A stretch of 64,000 bases of DNA from an uncultured Candidatus Saccharibacteria bacterium (GCA_964448295.1 CAYUVV010000001.1:23838-87837), one strand, 5' to 3'. Positions 47,801 through 56,818 are shown, numbered from the stretch's first letter. Translations and numbers: made by a program. Notes: a model not told the origin generated them from the sequence alone.

Positions 47801-49081
47801 ACCCCTCCGGGCGCAATTCAGGGTTTGACAGCCGTGATTGGCGGCGCCGGCCTAACATCTTATCTAGTAAGTTGGGCGGCTCCGGCCCAAGACGGTAATG
47901 TTGCAAGCTCTGGCGCGGTTGCTAACTACGACCTTCGTTATTCTCTACAGAATATCACAGAAGCGAATTGGTCTTCTGCTGTTGCGGTAACCGGTGAGCC
48001 GCCACCCGGCATACCGGGCGCCTCACAGGATTACACCTTGGTTGGTTTAACTTCCGGCACGACGTATTATGCCGCTCTTAAATCCACTGATGTGGCCAAC
48101 AATCTCTCGCCGCTATCTAATGTAATCTCTTTTAGAACTTTATCAGATCCGCCGCCTGGTCCCGTCATCCCCGGTGGTGGTCCTGGTGGTCCGCACGACG
48201 CTCGTCCGCCGGTATTTGCCTTGCAGGCGGAAATTACTCCCGGACCAGGACAGGCCGTGCTTACTTGGACTAAGCCGACTGATGCCAATTATGTGCGAAC
48301 GCTTATTGTTCGTAGTGCCAATCCCCTGACAGCTTCTGCTGCCAGCACCCAAAATCCAGAACGTCTCACGGGGACGACGGTGGTGTATGAGGGCGCCGAC
48401 CAGTCATTTACCGATACCGGTTTAACCAACGGGCGTACGTATTATTACGCCATTTATGCCTACGACCAGCGTCGTCAGTTCAATCGTCCACAAATTCTTT
48501 CGACCAAGCCCCTTGCCGGCTCGACGAATCAACAGAATGATCCTACCACCGCGCGCGTGGCGACGACGAATTCTTTTTCGGTGACCGATTCGTGTCGTGT
48601 CGAGTCGGTAGTAACGGCGCCAGTCTCGCTGGTCCGCGGTCCTTTTGGTGTTGGTTTGACTTCGCCAGAAGTGCGTCTTTTGCAGGCGATGCTTGCCACG
48701 GATTCTACGTTATATCCAGAGGGGGTGGTTGATGGTTATTATGGCCCGGCGGTAGTACGCGCCATTCAGCGTTTTCAAGCCCGTGAGGGACTAGTGCGGG
48801 CTGGGACACCAGAGACGACGGGTTATGGACTGGCCGGTCCGCAGACCCGCGCCGCCCTGAATCGGGTTTTGGGCGTTCCCAAAACTGTAACGCGAACGGT
48901 GTGTTCGTCTGGCGCGGTTTCAACAGCTGATGGTATTGGCAACTCCGTTTCCAATCCGACTAACACCGTCGGTGGCGATTTAAATAATTCTAGTAATTTA
49001 GCGGCGTTGCTAATTCGCTTGCGCCTAATTCTGCGTTTATTGCTCGAACGTCTCGGCGCGTTTATCTTCGGTTGGTGGTAA
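41801..49081 (+). CDS. Giant multidomain cell-surface protein (2,426 aa)
   Basis: N-terminal signal/TM, then two identical Listeria-Bacteroides-type repeats, about 10 SBBP beta-propeller repeats, InlB-B-like repeats, a LamG/ConA-like lectin domain, an Ig-like domain, a PKD domain, a right-handed parallel beta-helix, three FN3-like domains and a C-terminal peptidoglycan-binding (PG_binding_1-like) domain. Confidence 0.85.
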   Translation: MDRQSSSLSLAGVFLAALLFALALWAGTYIPIDSLVSGSNRLAVEKQLAQVGGGPTTVVLSAAADAAVRGGNFQTINYGSGNELGIYQAGGQWDIQPYLRFDLSNISGNVTAARLRFYIVNGDDSSSPRPVSLLAVDDNSWDETSLNWQNRPSTGSALGSFAFGSETSTFTGWQDVTNYVSGKVAAGAASFALRHSAGGEYAGIASRESGQPAELEVTYDSTVVTPPTTRTLATTANPSAGGTISRQPNQTNYPDGSVVTLTATPNPGYQFNNWSGDLSGSQNPVSVQLTQDKTVTANFGVTSPSGGNSGYDLTWSTYFGGSGEDTVRDVVVDAGGNVYVTGGTGSSNFPLVNPAQPAFGGNHDVFVSKFGANGALLWSTYLGGPGYDRAYAVELDGVGNVYVAGRAGSGFPVTSGVLQATFAGDSNVNNNYGPQDGFVAKFNSNGQKLWATYLGGPDRSFIRDIDVDSSGNVYAVLTDVSQSNGYQTTGAYQGTVAGGANGFIAKLNSAGTQIQWGTYVGGASSGPGFGTPSIRVASNGEVVAMGTSAFAGDPVSNGLRSHAGALDMYVLRLSSDGRTRRWSTYLGGNADEFSETHSLALNSAGDVYAAFTTRSSNLPGAGVGYQLALGGVSNTGNYNGDGFVAKLSGNGGVLLAATYLGGSSGDGLEGVGVDSAGGVYVSGGTFSADFPITSDARQNSRRGEADWFVSKLTGDLSSLVYSTYLGGTSNCAAAGDTVCDYARSATVNAGGDFYVVGHTNSSNFPTLGATPSLSTNPAGSNVNTGAIAKFSTGGVVVPPTDYTITASVSGGNGTINPSGVVTVSAGGSRTFTFSPATGFQVGTVVVDGATLTPPPPTYTFSNVSSAHTITISFSPVAPTTRTLATTANPSAGGTISRQPNQTNYPDGSVVTLTATPNPGYQFNNWSGDLSGSQNPVSVQLTQDKTVTANFGVVQAVQPLLLRLEFDDDNADGVATDSSSFGNNGTCVGAVCPRYLSAGSEDGSGAYDWDGTNDVLALPDSPSLRPTTNLSIATWVRFSSLSAAQAIVNRWSTNGFAWSFATHWQNPREFYLALDGDGTAPADYFAISAGANLQPNTWYHLAATFDGNSVILYKNGQPLPTTVSGTRPVRLHTGPSTPLVGSIGGTSFLNGRLDRTRIFDSALTPSEIAVLAQVSNQTGDVTPPVVAVTAPVSGVTLSGVVNFAATAADVGGSIAGVRFLLDGIALGQEITTAPYATIWDSATVANGPHQLVAEARDAAGNLSTSAPVNFVVNNQAVGAITINLTALPASGAAPLAVFFDASGTTYGGSAIRPFHDLDYRWDFGDPASGVWDTNGQSRNAGRGPLNAHVFERPGTYTVTLSVSDGQGQVATRQSIVNVNVPTSGTCYSTTGNFSGCPTGFQQVTTSQVAGNGLYRRGETFTRVGNLSNVSLLGAFGTGPRPRLVFTSAPSAVSASNNALIHGVAIDGGGYAIQAGGLGTEHLFVVDNEIKNFYNYGLYKGPFSLGPEVASRYNAVMGNWFDTASSNEHAIRTYIAKSYIGHNRIDGNYPRGTNIKFVGTLCADGSNDYNLIADNYFNHREPQAGMLAIGAGDAGHINCSKDLIIERNYFDNKIDGWPKAAMGAGTRFDRVTIRNNIAREMSHFISNTGETGASYSDWRIYNNLFYNTNLFPSGYYFLLSKGSMPGLEVRNNIVQTFGGSVRAGLELQKDAPATVTETNNIWYGDFNPLFRIGGTNYSFAQWQALGKGAGSLIQNPFLTSPGNGDFSLTAASPAIDQGFSLRSVANDFLGNYRPHDGNNSGTAEWDIGPYEFGSSGGGNPNPPTTTYYTITVNAGANGTVNPGTATVAAGSSQSFTITPNGGYQIANVLVDGQSMGPITTHTFSGVQANHNLTAAFSPFVPSDTTPPIISNVRATNISQTGALITWQTDEPARSFAEYGFTTAYGQQTVNTTVLATNHAANLNNLSPGVVYHYRAVSIDALGNLSRSINFVFQTLPSPVPDTTPPGAIQGLTAVIGGAGLTSYLVSWAAPAQDGNVASSGAVANYDLRYSLQNITEANWSSAVAVTGEPPPGIPGASQDYTLVGLTSGTTYYAALKSTDVANNLSPLSNVISFRTLSDPPPGPVIPGGGPGGPHDARPPVFALQAEITPGPGQAVLTWTKPTDANYVRTLIVRSANPLTASAASTQNPERLTGTTVVYEGADQSFTDTGLTNGRTYYYAIYAYDQRRQFNRPQILSTKPLAGSTNQQNDPTTARVATTNSFSVTDSCRVESVVTAPVSLVRGPFGVGLTSPEVRLLQAMLATDSTLYPEGVVDGYYGPAVVRAIQRFQAREGLVRAGTPETTGYGLAGPQTRAALNRVLGVPKTVTRTVCSSGAVSTADGIGNSVSNPTNTVGGDLNNSSNLAALLIRLRLILRLLLERLGAFIFGWW
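42479..42703 (+). repeat. Exact 225-bp intragenic direct repeat, copy 1
   Basis: Nucleotide-identical to 44432..44656. Flanking bases differ on both sides. Confidence 0.9.
44432..44656 (+). repeat. Exact 225-bp intragenic direct repeat, copy 2
   Basis: Offset of 1953 bp (multiple of 3) from copy 1, so in frame. Antisense spurious ORFs in the track are identical over this span. Confidence 0.9.
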
Positions 49082-49173
49082 GTTTGACCGCCAATAGTGC
49101 CAAGCGGGGTTGACAGCCGCGCGCGTGGCCTTATAATTCACTGCGCCTTAACCGTTATTTTATTAATTTTTAT

Positions 49174-49512
49174 ATGAAAAAACCAGAGAAAACAGCAAAA
49201 AAGACAAGTGGTTTCAAGCTACGACCTTTGGCTGATCGGGTGGTCGTCGAGCCCATCTCCGAGTTTGAACGCGAGGGTCAATCGGCTAGCGGTATTATTA
49301 TTCCCGATACGGTGAATAAGGAAAAATCGGAAGAGGGGAAGGTGGTAGCCGTGGGCGAGGGGCGCCTTGATGACAAGGGCCAACGCTTGCCGATGTCGGT
49401 GGCGGTGGGTGATCGCGTGCTGTTTGCTAAGTATGGACCGGATGAGGTCAAAGTTAACGGGCGTGAATACTACATTATGAGCGAGTCGCATATTTTAGCA
49501 GTAATTGATTAG
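49174..49512 (+). CDS. groES: Co-chaperonin GroES
   Basis: LRPLADRVVVEP and GKVVAVGEG motifs. Confidence 0.9.
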   Translation: MKKPEKTAKKTSGFKLRPLADRVVVEPISEFEREGQSASGIIIPDTVNKEKSEEGKVVAVGEGRLDDKGQRLPMSVAVGDRVLFAKYGPDEVKVNGREYYIMSESHILAVID

Positions 49513-49531
49513 CGTTTTCATTTCTTGAATT

Positions 49532-51199
49532 ATGGCTAAACAAATTGTTTTTGGAGATCAAGCCCGAGCGCGCTTAAAGAACGGGATTGATCGGGTGGCG
49601 AATGCCGTCCGGATCACGATTGGGCCCAAGGGGCGGAACGTGGTGTTTGACAAGGGTTACGGAGCGCCGACGATTACGAATGACGGTGTTTCCATCGCGA
49701 AAGAAATTACTCTGGCTGACAAGGTGGAAAATATGGGAGCCGAGATCGTCAAAGATGTGGCTTCTAAAACTAATGATGCCGCTGGCGATGGTACGACGAC
49801 GGCGGTAGTTTTGACGCAGGCGATCGTCGAAGCCGGTTTTCGTAAAACGACGCTGGGGGTCAATGCGATGGGGGTGCGTTTGGGTATCGAAGCGGCTACC
49901 GCGGCCGTGGTGGAAGCTTTGCGGGCAATGGCCAAACCGATTAAGGGCGAGCAGGAAATTAGGCAGGTGGCGACGATCTCTGCCGAGTCGGCAGAATTTG
50001 GCTCCATTATCGCTGAAGCGATTGATAAGGTTGGCAAGGACGGGGTGGTTACGGTGGAGGAATCGCAGTCATTCGGTGTGGAGTCGGAGCTAGTGGAAGG
50101 GATGCAGTTCGATAAAGGCTACGTTTCGCCCTATATGATCACTGACGCTGATCGGATGGAAGCCGAGTACCACGATCCGCTGATTTTGATTACCGACAAA
50201 AAGATTAGTTCCATTAAAGATATTTTGCCGTTGTTGGAAAAATTGGCCCAAATGGGCAAAAAAGAGTTGGTGATTATCGCCGAGGACGTTGATGGTGAGG
50301 CTTTGGCCACGCTTGTGGTGAACAAGCTCCGCGGTGTTTTCCACGCTTTGGCCGTGAAAGCGCCGGGCTTCGGCGATCGCCGCAAGGAGATGTTGCGGGA
50401 TATTGCTGTGTTGACGGGCGGTCAGGTGGTGAGCGAAGAGGTTGGCAAAAAGCTCGAAAATGTGACGATGTCTGACCTCGGGCAGGCGCGGCGCGTTATC
50501 GCCTCCAAGGAGGCCACAACCATCGTCGGGGGCAAAGGTAAAAAGGCCGACATTGAAGATCGGATTGCCCAGATTAAAAAAGAGATTGAAGTTTCGGACT
50601 CCAGTTACGATAAGGAAAAGTTGCGCGAACGTTTGGGCAAACTCTCGGGTGGAGTCGCTGTGATTCGGGTGGGAGCGGCTACCGAATCGGAGATGAAATA
50701 TAAAAAGTTGAAAATTGAAGACGCGGTGGAAGCGACCAAGGCGGCGATCGAGGAAGGAATTGTCGCCGGCGGCGGCTCGGTTTTGATCCGGGCGGCCGCC
50801 AAGGTGGCGGGCAAAAAACTTACGCCGCCTTCGGCCGATATCGCGCACGAGTTTGCCGTTGGGGTCGAGATTTTACTGAAAGCGCTAGAGGCGCCGTTGC
50901 GCCAAATCGCGATAAATGCTGGCAAAGAGGATGGCGCGGTGATCGTGGAGGCCGTGAAGACGGCCTCGGGCGCGGCCGGTTACGACGCTAACGCCGATAA
51001 AATTATTGATGATATGTTTGCCGCTGGCATCATTGACCCGGTGAAAGTGGCGCGAACCGGCCTGGAGCGCGCCGCTTCGGCCGCCGCGATTTTGCTTACG
51101 ACGGAGGTGGCGATCACTGATGAGCCGGAGGAGAAGAAGGAGCCGGCGGCCGGGCACGGCGCTGGTCCGATGGGCGGGGGGATGGGAATGGACTACTAA
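49532..51199 (+). CDS. groEL: Chaperonin GroEL
   Basis: AAGDGTTTA motif and a GGM C-terminal tail (GGGMGMDY). Confidence 0.95.
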   Translation: MAKQIVFGDQARARLKNGIDRVANAVRITIGPKGRNVVFDKGYGAPTITNDGVSIAKEITLADKVENMGAEIVKDVASKTNDAAGDGTTTAVVLTQAIVEAGFRKTTLGVNAMGVRLGIEAATAAVVEALRAMAKPIKGEQEIRQVATISAESAEFGSIIAEAIDKVGKDGVVTVEESQSFGVESELVEGMQFDKGYVSPYMITDADRMEAEYHDPLILITDKKISSIKDILPLLEKLAQMGKKELVIIAEDVDGEALATLVVNKLRGVFHALAVKAPGFGDRRKEMLRDIAVLTGGQVVSEEVGKKLENVTMSDLGQARRVIASKEATTIVGGKGKKADIEDRIAQIKKEIEVSDSSYDKEKLRERLGKLSGGVAVIRVGAATESEMKYKKLKIEDAVEATKAAIEEGIVAGGGSVLIRAAAKVAGKKLTPPSADIAHEFAVGVEILLKALEAPLRQIAINAGKEDGAVIVEAVKTASGAAGYDANADKIIDDMFAAGIIDPVKVARTGLERAASAAAILLTTEVAITDEPEEKKEPAAGHGAGPMGGGMGMDY

Positions 51200-51566
51200 A
51201 GACAAGTGAGGCGCCGAGCGCGCCCGCAAGATCAAAAAATAGGTCAAGGCCGGTATCCTCAAGATAACCGGCCTTGCTCGTCCAAGTGAGGCCAAACCCA
51301 AGTTCGTAGAGTTCCCACATCACGCCAACAGCGAGAGTGATGACGAGCAAGCGTGTGAGACCGGTCGGTTGCTCGAGCCGTCGGCCGAGCCAGATGGTTA
51401 CCACGCCGACCCACAGACCGCCGAGTGTGTGTAGAATAATGTCGTACCACCAGAAAATCCAGTAATAATAACGTTCTAAGCCCCAGAAATGCAGAACCGC
51501 CACAATTAAAATCAGGCCGAAAACCTTTTGGATAGTTGGTTTAAACACCGGCCGATTATAGCTCAT
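51114..51566 (-). CDS. Hypothetical small membrane protein
   Basis: Three to four TM helices. Start chosen at MSYNRPVFK. Its 3' end overlaps the groEL 3' end by about 85 nt, so the end is uncertain. Confidence 0.4.
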   Translation of the reverse strand: MSYNRPVFKPTIQKVFGLILIVAVLHFWGLERYYYWIFWWYDIILHTLGGLWVGVVTIWLGRRLEQPTGLTRLLVITLAVGVMWELYELGFGLTWTSKAGYLEDTGLDLFFDLAGALGASLVFSSPFPSPRPSDQRRARPPAPSSPPAHQ

Positions 51567-51603
51567 GGTATAATCGGCGCATACTAGACTAACCCCCAAA
51601 TTT

Positions 51604-52212
51604 ATGGACGAAAATTTGAACCAAAGCCACATTTTTTTTAGCACCAAACGCGACCGTTACCTGGCCACTGGTATACTCATTCTTGCTGTGCTCGGCGCTG
51701 GTATTTGGCTCACGGCACGCTATTGGAACGCGTGGAATGGTTCCACTTGGCCGCCCGTCAACACCACCAACACCGAGCCAACCACTTCCCTTCCCGAAGG
51801 AGAGGGAGCTCAAGCTGGTTGGCAAACTTATCGCAACGAGGAGTATGGGTTTGAGTTTGAGTATCCCGAAGATTGGGTTATTAAACTCGACAATCATCTG
51901 CGCCCTGGAGACGACCCTTCCTTTTTGATTGCACAAGTAGAATTTGGGCCGGACACGGAAAGGTCATTTTCCGCGCCAGATTTTAGGGTAACTATTAGCT
52001 ACGAGTTTTCCGAGGAATCTTTAGGTGCTCCTTCTTTTAATTCCATCGGAATATACCCAACCACAGAAGAATTTATCTCAGACTACGGATTATATTATTT
52101 ATACACAAAGAAAGGTGGGCGTGTGTATTCCTTTATGTTTAGAGATCAGGCCGATAGAACGTTATCAGAACAACACAGGCATTCCATCTCCACCTTTCGG
52201 TTTGTTGAGTAA
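51604..52212 (+). CDS. Hypothetical membrane-anchored (secreted) protein
   Basis: 202 aa with an N-terminal TM helix. Confidence 0.5.
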   Translation: MDENLNQSHIFFSTKRDRYLATGILILAVLGAGIWLTARYWNAWNGSTWPPVNTTNTEPTTSLPEGEGAQAGWQTYRNEEYGFEFEYPEDWVIKLDNHLRPGDDPSFLIAQVEFGPDTERSFSAPDFRVTISYEFSEESLGAPSFNSIGIYPTTEEFISDYGLYYLYTKKGGRVYSFMFRDQADRTLSEQHRHSISTFRFVE

Positions 52213-52230
52213 CGCGCTAAACTAGCGGCA

Positions 52231-52545
52231 ATGGCCAAAGCCACTAAATCAAAAGTCAAAAAGAGCCCCATGACGCTAGACAAACTGGCGGTGATGGTGG
52301 CGCGTGGATTTGAGGAAACTCACGAGAAAATCGACCGGCTAGGGGTCCAAGTCGTTTCTCTGGAAGACAGAATAACCAAACTGGAACAAACCGTTAACGA
52401 TATGGCCAACAAGCTGGCTCATTACATTGACTTACACGAAGAGCGCTATCTCGACTTAAAACATCGTTACAAGTTGATTGCCCAATGGGCAGAGAAGGTG
52501 GCTGCCAAGACCGGTGTGCCGTTCCAATTAGACGATTTATTTTAA
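52231..52545 (+). CDS. Hypothetical coiled-coil protein
   Basis: 104 aa, helical. Confidence 0.45.
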   Translation: MAKATKSKVKKSPMTLDKLAVMVARGFEETHEKIDRLGVQVVSLEDRITKLEQTVNDMANKLAHYIDLHEERYLDLKHRYKLIAQWAEKVAAKTGVPFQLDDLF

Positions 52546-52554
52546 TTTTATTTT

Positions 52555-53118
52555 ATGTTTATTTTATATTTGATAATCGGCATCGCGGCGGTGATCACTT
52601 TGTGGTTTATCGCAACTTATAATGGGTTTAATCGCTTAAAAAACCAAACTGATGAAGCTTGGGCCGATATCGACGTTCAGTTGAAGCGCCGTTACGACCT
52701 CATTCCCAATCTCATCAGTACTGTTAAGGGTTATGCCGCTCACGAGCAGGGGACACTTGATAAAATTACCCAAGCTCGGGCGCAGGCAATGCAGGCCGGC
52801 ACAATGGAGGAGAAAAGTGGGGCCGAGAATGTGTTAACCGGCGCTCTTAAATCGCTCTTTGCCGTGGCCGAGAATTATCCGGATTTGAAAGCGAACCAAA
52901 ATTTTCTTGAACTCCAACGCGAGCTCTCGGACACGGAAAACAAAATTCAGGCCGCGCGACGTTTCTACAACACCAACGTTCGTGATTTCAAGATCAAGCT
53001 GGCAAATTTCCCCTCGAATTTAGTTGGCCAAATGTTTAATTTCCAGGCGCCTGGTTTCTTCGAGATCGCCGAAGGTGAGAAAGCGGCCGCCGCCGAACCG
53101 GTGAAGGTGCAGTTTTAG
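52555..53118 (+). CDS. lemA: LemA-family membrane protein
   Basis: N-terminal TM helix followed by ATYNGFNRLKNQTDEAWADIDVQLKRRYDLIPNL. Confidence 0.8.
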   Translation: MFILYLIIGIAAVITLWFIATYNGFNRLKNQTDEAWADIDVQLKRRYDLIPNLISTVKGYAAHEQGTLDKITQARAQAMQAGTMEEKSGAENVLTGALKSLFAVAENYPDLKANQNFLELQRELSDTENKIQAARRFYNTNVRDFKIKLANFPSNLVGQMFNFQAPGFFEIAEGEKAAAAEPVKVQF

Positions 53119-53121
53119 CGG

Positions 53122-53385
53122 ATGGATTTCAAAACCACGGTTTTGTCGGTTGTGGCCAAAATACCTCGGGGAGAGACTCTGACCTATCAGGCAGTTGCAC
53201 GGCTAGCTGGTCGGCCGCGGGCTTATCGTGCTGTTGGGAATATTTTGAACAAAAATTTTAATCCGAATATTCCCTGCCATCGGGTTATCCGGTCTGATAA
53301 CCAAACCGGTGGGTATAATCGTGGGACGCGGTTAAAGGCGCAGATGTTGCGTCGGGAGCGTAATTGTCAGCATTATGACCAGTAA
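53122..53385 (+). CDS. Methylated-DNA-[protein]-cysteine S-methyltransferase DNA-binding/active-site domain only (Ogt C-terminal domain, 87 aa)
   Basis: PCHRVI motif. No N-terminal Ogt domain. Confidence 0.7.
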   Translation: MDFKTTVLSVVAKIPRGETLTYQAVARLAGRPRAYRAVGNILNKNFNPNIPCHRVIRSDNQTGGYNRGTRLKAQMLRRERNCQHYDQ

Positions 53386-54265
53386 TCTCTATACCCATCG
53401 AGAGGCCAACACGCGCAAGACCTGGATCTTGATGGGCACGTTTCTGGTGGTGGTTATCGCCCTCGGCTGGCTTTTTAGCGTTGTTTGGCAGAGTCAAACG
53501 ATTTTATATGTGGCGGTAATTTTTGCCGTTTTAACCAATTTTTTTAGCTACTGGTACTCGGATAAATTGGTGATAACGATGACGGGTGCGCGGCCGGCCC
53601 GCCGCGAAGAGTTTTTTGACCTTTACACGATGGTGGAAAACCTTTCGATTACCGCCGGTCTTCCGATGCCTAAAGTTTATGTGGTCAATGACCCATCTCC
53701 CAACGCTTTTGCCACCGGTCGCGACGAAAAGCACGCGGTGGTGGCTGTAACAACCGGCCTGCTTCGGGTTTTGAATCGGACGGAGTTGGAGGGAGTCATC
53801 GCTCACGAACTTTCACATATTGGTAATCGTGATATGTTGGTAGCCACCGTGGCGGTGGTGCTCGCCGGTTTCGTCGCTATTTTGGGCGATATGTTTATCC
53901 GCTCTCGCTTTTTGCCATCGAGTGATAGAGAGGGGGGTCGTGTTGGTGGCGCCTTGGCCGTGGTTGCCTTGTTAGCCGCCATCCTCGCGCCGCTCGGCGC
54001 CACCTTAATCCGCCTAGCCATCTCGCGGCGGCGCGAATTTCTCGCCGACGCATCTGGCGCTTTGCTAACTCGCTATCCAGAGGGTTTGGCGAGCGCTCTG
54101 CAAAAAATTAGCCAAAACGGCCAACCAATGCGCCGAGTCTCCGGTGCCACGGCCCATCTCTTTATCGCCAATCCTTTTGGTCCACGAGCCAGCGCTCTCT
54201 CTGCTTTGTTTATGACTCACCCCCCGGTGGAGAAACGGATCGCCGCCCTGCTCGGTTTGCGTTAA
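53375..54265 (+). CDS. htpX: M48-family zinc metalloprotease HtpX
   Basis: TM helices and the HExxH motif in VIAHELSHIGNRDM. Confidence 0.85.
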   Translation: MTSNLYTHREANTRKTWILMGTFLVVVIALGWLFSVVWQSQTILYVAVIFAVLTNFFSYWYSDKLVITMTGARPARREEFFDLYTMVENLSITAGLPMPKVYVVNDPSPNAFATGRDEKHAVVAVTTGLLRVLNRTELEGVIAHELSHIGNRDMLVATVAVVLAGFVAILGDMFIRSRFLPSSDREGGRVGGALAVVALLAAILAPLGATLIRLAISRRREFLADASGALLTRYPEGLASALQKISQNGQPMRRVSGATAHLFIANPFGPRASALSALFMTHPPVEKRIAALLGLR

Positions 54266-54275
54266 AATAAAAGCG

Positions 54276-54836
54276 ATGGTTTTGACTGACAAGATTTTGG
54301 CAGAAACTTTTCTGCCGATGTTGCCGCGTTACGTTCTGCCCAATCACGTGACGGTTTTCCGTTTTGTGCTCATCCCGATTGTGCTGGTTTTGCTTTATTT
54401 CGATTATCGCTTGCTCGGACTCCTCTTTTTTGCGCTGGCCGCGTTTTCCGATGCCGTTGATGGCGCTTTGGCCCGCACCCGCCATCAGATTACCGAATGG
54501 GGGACGCTCTATGATCCATTAGCGGACAAATTGCTAGTTAGCTCTGTCGCGGCTCTCGTGGTGACGCGGGTTTTCGGTTGGCGTTTGGCTTTGGCGATTA
54601 TCGGGATGGAATTTTTGATTATTCTGGGCGCGCTCTATTACCGTCGGCGTTCAGGCAAAGTAATTTCGGCTCACCCGGCCGCCAAGTTAAAAATGTTCTG
54701 CCAGTCCTGTGGTTTAATCTGCTTGTTCCTGTACCTCCTCTGGCCAGTGCCGGGGCTCCTCCTTGCGTCTTACTATCTTCTCCTTGCGGCTGTTGTTCTG
54801 GCCGTCATCAGTTTTTTCATTTACCAATCAATTTGA
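54276..54836 (+). CDS. CDP-alcohol phosphatidyltransferase (PgsA-like)
   Basis: Signature DAVDGALARTRHQITEWGTLYDPLADK. Confidence 0.8.
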   Translation: MVLTDKILAETFLPMLPRYVLPNHVTVFRFVLIPIVLVLLYFDYRLLGLLFFALAAFSDAVDGALARTRHQITEWGTLYDPLADKLLVSSVAALVVTRVFGWRLALAIIGMEFLIILGALYYRRRSGKVISAHPAAKLKMFCQSCGLICLFLYLLWPVPGLLLASYYLLLAAVVLAVISFFIYQSI

Positions 54837-54867
54837 TTTGCCTCTGATTTGTGGCAAGATAGCGAGC

Positions 54868-54955
54868 GGAGGGTTCGCATAGTGGTCTAGTGCGCTCGCT
54901 TGGAGAGCGAGTATGCTGCAAGGCATCAAGGGTTCGAATCCCTTACCCTCCGCCA
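54868..54955 (+). tRNA. tRNA-Ser(GGA), CCA encoded
   Basis: 88-nt type II tRNA. Acceptor GGAGGGT/ACCCTCC, anticodon loop TTGGAGA, variable-arm hairpin, T-arm AAGGG-TTCGAAT-CCCTT, G-CCA. Confidence 0.85.
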
Positions 54956-55960
54956 ATTTGCACATTCGCCGATTTGGGGATTGGTTGCCTCGCGGCTTCG
55001 CCGCTCGGCATTGAATTTTGCGGGGATTTTCCAAGCATTTTTCAAATCCAAAACCAACGCCCGATCGGCAATGCGAAAGTTCGAACCAATCTTTTTGAGA
55101 AAATCCCGTCCCGCGACGGGATTTTCTTGCAAGGCGATATTTTCGGCTTGGTCGGCTTCTTTTATGAAATCAATCATGGGTTCGAACCGATTATTGCTCT
55201 TTCGCTCAAAAGCGTTGATTTTTTCTTCCAAATCCTTTTTAGCGAGAATGAGCTTGTGCTTTTTGGCGGCGTACTCCGTTTGTGAAAGCGAGCCGTCCAA
55301 ATGTAAATCTAAAAGTTTGTCTATCTTGCTTTCCATTTCTACAAGCTCATCTCGCGTCTTTTGAGCGAAAGAGCTTTCTGCTTGGGCGGTTTCCAGTTTT
55401 TCTTTTTCCAGTTCGTTTATGCAATTTTCCGCCCAAGCAGAACACAAAGAAACTTTTTGAATTTCATTTTTGATCTGCGAGGTGATGGCGTCCTCCCGTA
55501 CATACCTTTGCTCACAGCGGACTTTTCTTTTGGTGCACCGCAAGTAGTTATGTCTTTTCTGCGTTTCAGTGGTGATAAAACAACCGCACCCGCCACAGCG
55601 GAAAAGTCCGCGATAGATATATGGTTTGAGTTTTGGCGTTTTAGGTTTTGATTTTCTCGCCATCACCTCTTGGCATTTATCAAAAAGTTTCTTTGTGATA
55701 ATCGGTTCGTGCTTTCCGTCATACAATTCGCCATTGTACTCAATTACGCCGTAGTAGATTTTATTTTTGAGTATGTACTGGTAATTGGAGACGGAAAGCA
55801 CCTTGCCTTTCTTGCCAACCAAGCCCAAGGAATTGATAATCTTTCGGATTTGAGCTAGGGGATATTCGCCAGTTGAGTACATTTCAAAAGCCCGCTTGAT
55901 AAACTTTGATTTTTCTTTGTCCACAACTATTTTGCGGCTACAAATTGAAATAATCTCCAA
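54926..55960 (-). pseudogene. Large serine recombinase lacking the N-terminal catalytic resolvase domain (truncated integrase remnant)
   Basis: Starts at the recombinase domain (YPLAQIRKIINSLGLVGKKGKVLSVSNYQYILKNKIYYG). It has a zinc ribbon CGGCGCFITTE...LRC and a coiled-coil tail. The last 10 codons are antisense to the tRNA-Ser 3' end. Confidence 0.6.
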
Positions 55961-56023
55961 AATTTGCTATACTTGTTTTGTAGGTAGAGAAGTAAATCTC
56001 TCATAACTCTATACTATCAAAGT

Positions 56024-56230
56024 TTGGATATTATGGCAACAATAGCACAAAACCTAAAACGAATACGAACAAAACAAGGATTGACGCAGGACGACTTGGC
56101 GAAGAAAGCCAATATCAAATACTCTACCCTTACCAAAATTGAGGGTGGTGTCGTTACCAAGCCAAGTGTTCAAACCATTGCAAAAATCGCCAAGTCGTTA
56201 GATGTTTCGGTTGAAGATCTGCTAAAATAA
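56024..56230 (+). CDS. XRE-family helix-turn-helix transcriptional regulator
   Basis: HTH_3 pattern RIRTKQGLTQDDLAKKANIKYSTLTKIEGG. Confidence 0.8.
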   Translation: MDIMATIAQNLKRIRTKQGLTQDDLAKKANIKYSTLTKIEGGVVTKPSVQTIAKIAKSLDVSVEDLLK

Positions 56231-56288
56231 AGATACCCGATTATTGATAGCCATTGTTAGCAATTTACAAAAGGTGTAATATATAAAT

Positions 56289-56813
56289 ATGGAATTTATC
56301 AAGAAAAATATAACTTTGGTTGTCGGTATATCCATACCGATACTGATGATACTTTTTGTCGCTGGGAGTATTTACTTGCCCGGGCTTTTTATACAACCAA
56401 AGTTCAATTTTCTCTATGCGAGCGGTGATGATTATTACTACTACTACAATCAATACCAATACTCTGTGCAAAATGGGAAACTTGTGAGAAGCGAGCGGCA
56501 AAGACCAGAAGGTCAAACTTATCCCCCAGAGAGAGAAGTTAAATTATATGTCCACGATGTCGCAAAAAATGAGAGCCGCGAAATTTCTTTTGAAGAAACA
56601 CAAAATTTGACCCTTGACTCAAACACAAAATCGCCAGATGAATTTGAGGTTGTACATGGAAGCCGTGGCGATGGCTTTTTTCCATTCTTCTTTTGGTCGG
56701 AAAGGGATTACAATACACGATATCTCAAAGGTCATAATGTGAGTAAAAAATTAAATCTCCAGTTGAGCGGGTCATATTACAATAATTTCCGCTTTATTGG
56801 CTGGATAAAATAA
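56289..56813 (+). CDS. Hypothetical membrane-anchored protein
   Basis: 174 aa with an N-terminal TM helix. Tyr-rich and AT-rich. Confidence 0.5.
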   Translation: MEFIKKNITLVVGISIPILMILFVAGSIYLPGLFIQPKFNFLYASGDDYYYYYNQYQYSVQNGKLVRSERQRPEGQTYPPEREVKLYVHDVAKNESREISFEETQNLTLDSNTKSPDEFEVVHGSRGDGFFPFFFWSERDYNTRYLKGHNVSKKLNLQLSGSYYNNFRFIGWIK

Positions 56814-56818
56814 AATCT

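Noticed and set aside
51114-51199. 85-nt convergent overlap between the groEL 3' end and the minus-strand membrane-protein ORF
   Set aside because: The overlapping tail ([27 protein letters not shown]) is the antisense translation of the groEL Gly-Met tail and is probably not real protein. The true stop is uncertain, but the gene is kept with low confidence.
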